Origin: Nanobdellota archaeon
GTDB taxonomy: Archaea > Nanobdellota > Nanobdellia > Nanobdellales > Nanobdellaceae
Length of the DNA stretch: 14,506 nucleotides
Direction: 5' to 3'
Assembly (NCBI GenBank): GCA_020697515.1
Contig: JAIXNB010000007.1
Location: forward strand, 1 to 14,506
In this document: piece after piece, positions 14,363 to 14,506 of the stretch
Layout: every line of letters begins with the position of its first letter
How positions within the stretch are numbered: the first letter of the stretch is position 1
Notes under the pieces: generated by a model
The model's database searches: none
What the model was told of the DNA's origin: nothing
The model's input: the letters and a program-made list of their open reading frames with translations, nothing else
Translations under genes and position numbers: made by a program

Positions 14363-14506
14363 TTATAAATTGTTCTTTAAAGCTCCATTAATGAAACTAG
14401 GCAAGATATTAGAATTCTTCTTAGCATTCATTATATTCTTGTTAGGCTTTGGATCTAAAGCATTCGTTGTAGCAAACTTGGGAGATTTAAATCTAGTTGG
14501 ACCAGA
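14363..14506 (-). CDS. 3' end of an upstream gene running off the right edge; possibly ribosomal protein L7Ae (by synteny)
   Basis: The minus frame is open from 14506 to the stop at 14365-14363 (47 codons: SGPTRFKSPKFATTNALDPKPNKNIMNAKKNSNILPSFINGALKNNL*). L7Ae-S28e-L24e is a widely conserved archaeal gene order, but the sequence match to the L7Ae C-terminus is only vague. Confidence 0.35.
   Translation of the reverse strand, partial: SGPTRFKSPKFATTNALDPKPNKNIMNAKKNSNILPSFINGALKNNL

Overview
This is an AT-rich (about 30% GC by eye) archaeal chromosomal segment, tightly packed with housekeeping genes, most of them on the minus strand. From left to right it contains the following.
- The 5' part of an MNT-type nucleotidyltransferase gene that runs off the left edge.
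- A ~0.7 kb decayed gene lying in an ORF-free stretch.
- hisS and a spermidine-synthase-like speE.
- A complete Fe-S assembly block: sufC-sufB-sufD, then sufS and an IscU/SufU-like scaffold gene.
- rps6e on the plus strand.
- A probable thioredoxin-fold gene remnant, then aroD.
- A 163-aa plus-strand ORF that I read as a degenerate family-I inorganic pyrophosphatase homologue.
- The conserved archaeal cluster (L7Ae, partial)-rps28e-rpl24e-ndk-infB(aIF5B), with an extra membrane-anchored ORF between ndk and infB.

I found no tRNA, rRNA, CRISPR array, transposase or integrase. The least ordinary signal is a family of three GC-rich intergenic elements standing out from the AT-rich background. Two are 42-nt copies (3376-3417 minus sense, 9872-9913 plus sense). 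The third is a ~121-nt expanded copy (8207-8327 plus sense). They share a CCUCCUCC-rich 5' arm and a hairpin that carries a compensatory base-pair change between copies. I interpret them as a candidate structured small RNA or cis-regulatory repeat family, but function is unproven. Two ORF-track starts are TTG codons sitting next to an ATG, so I moved hisS and rps28e to the ATG.
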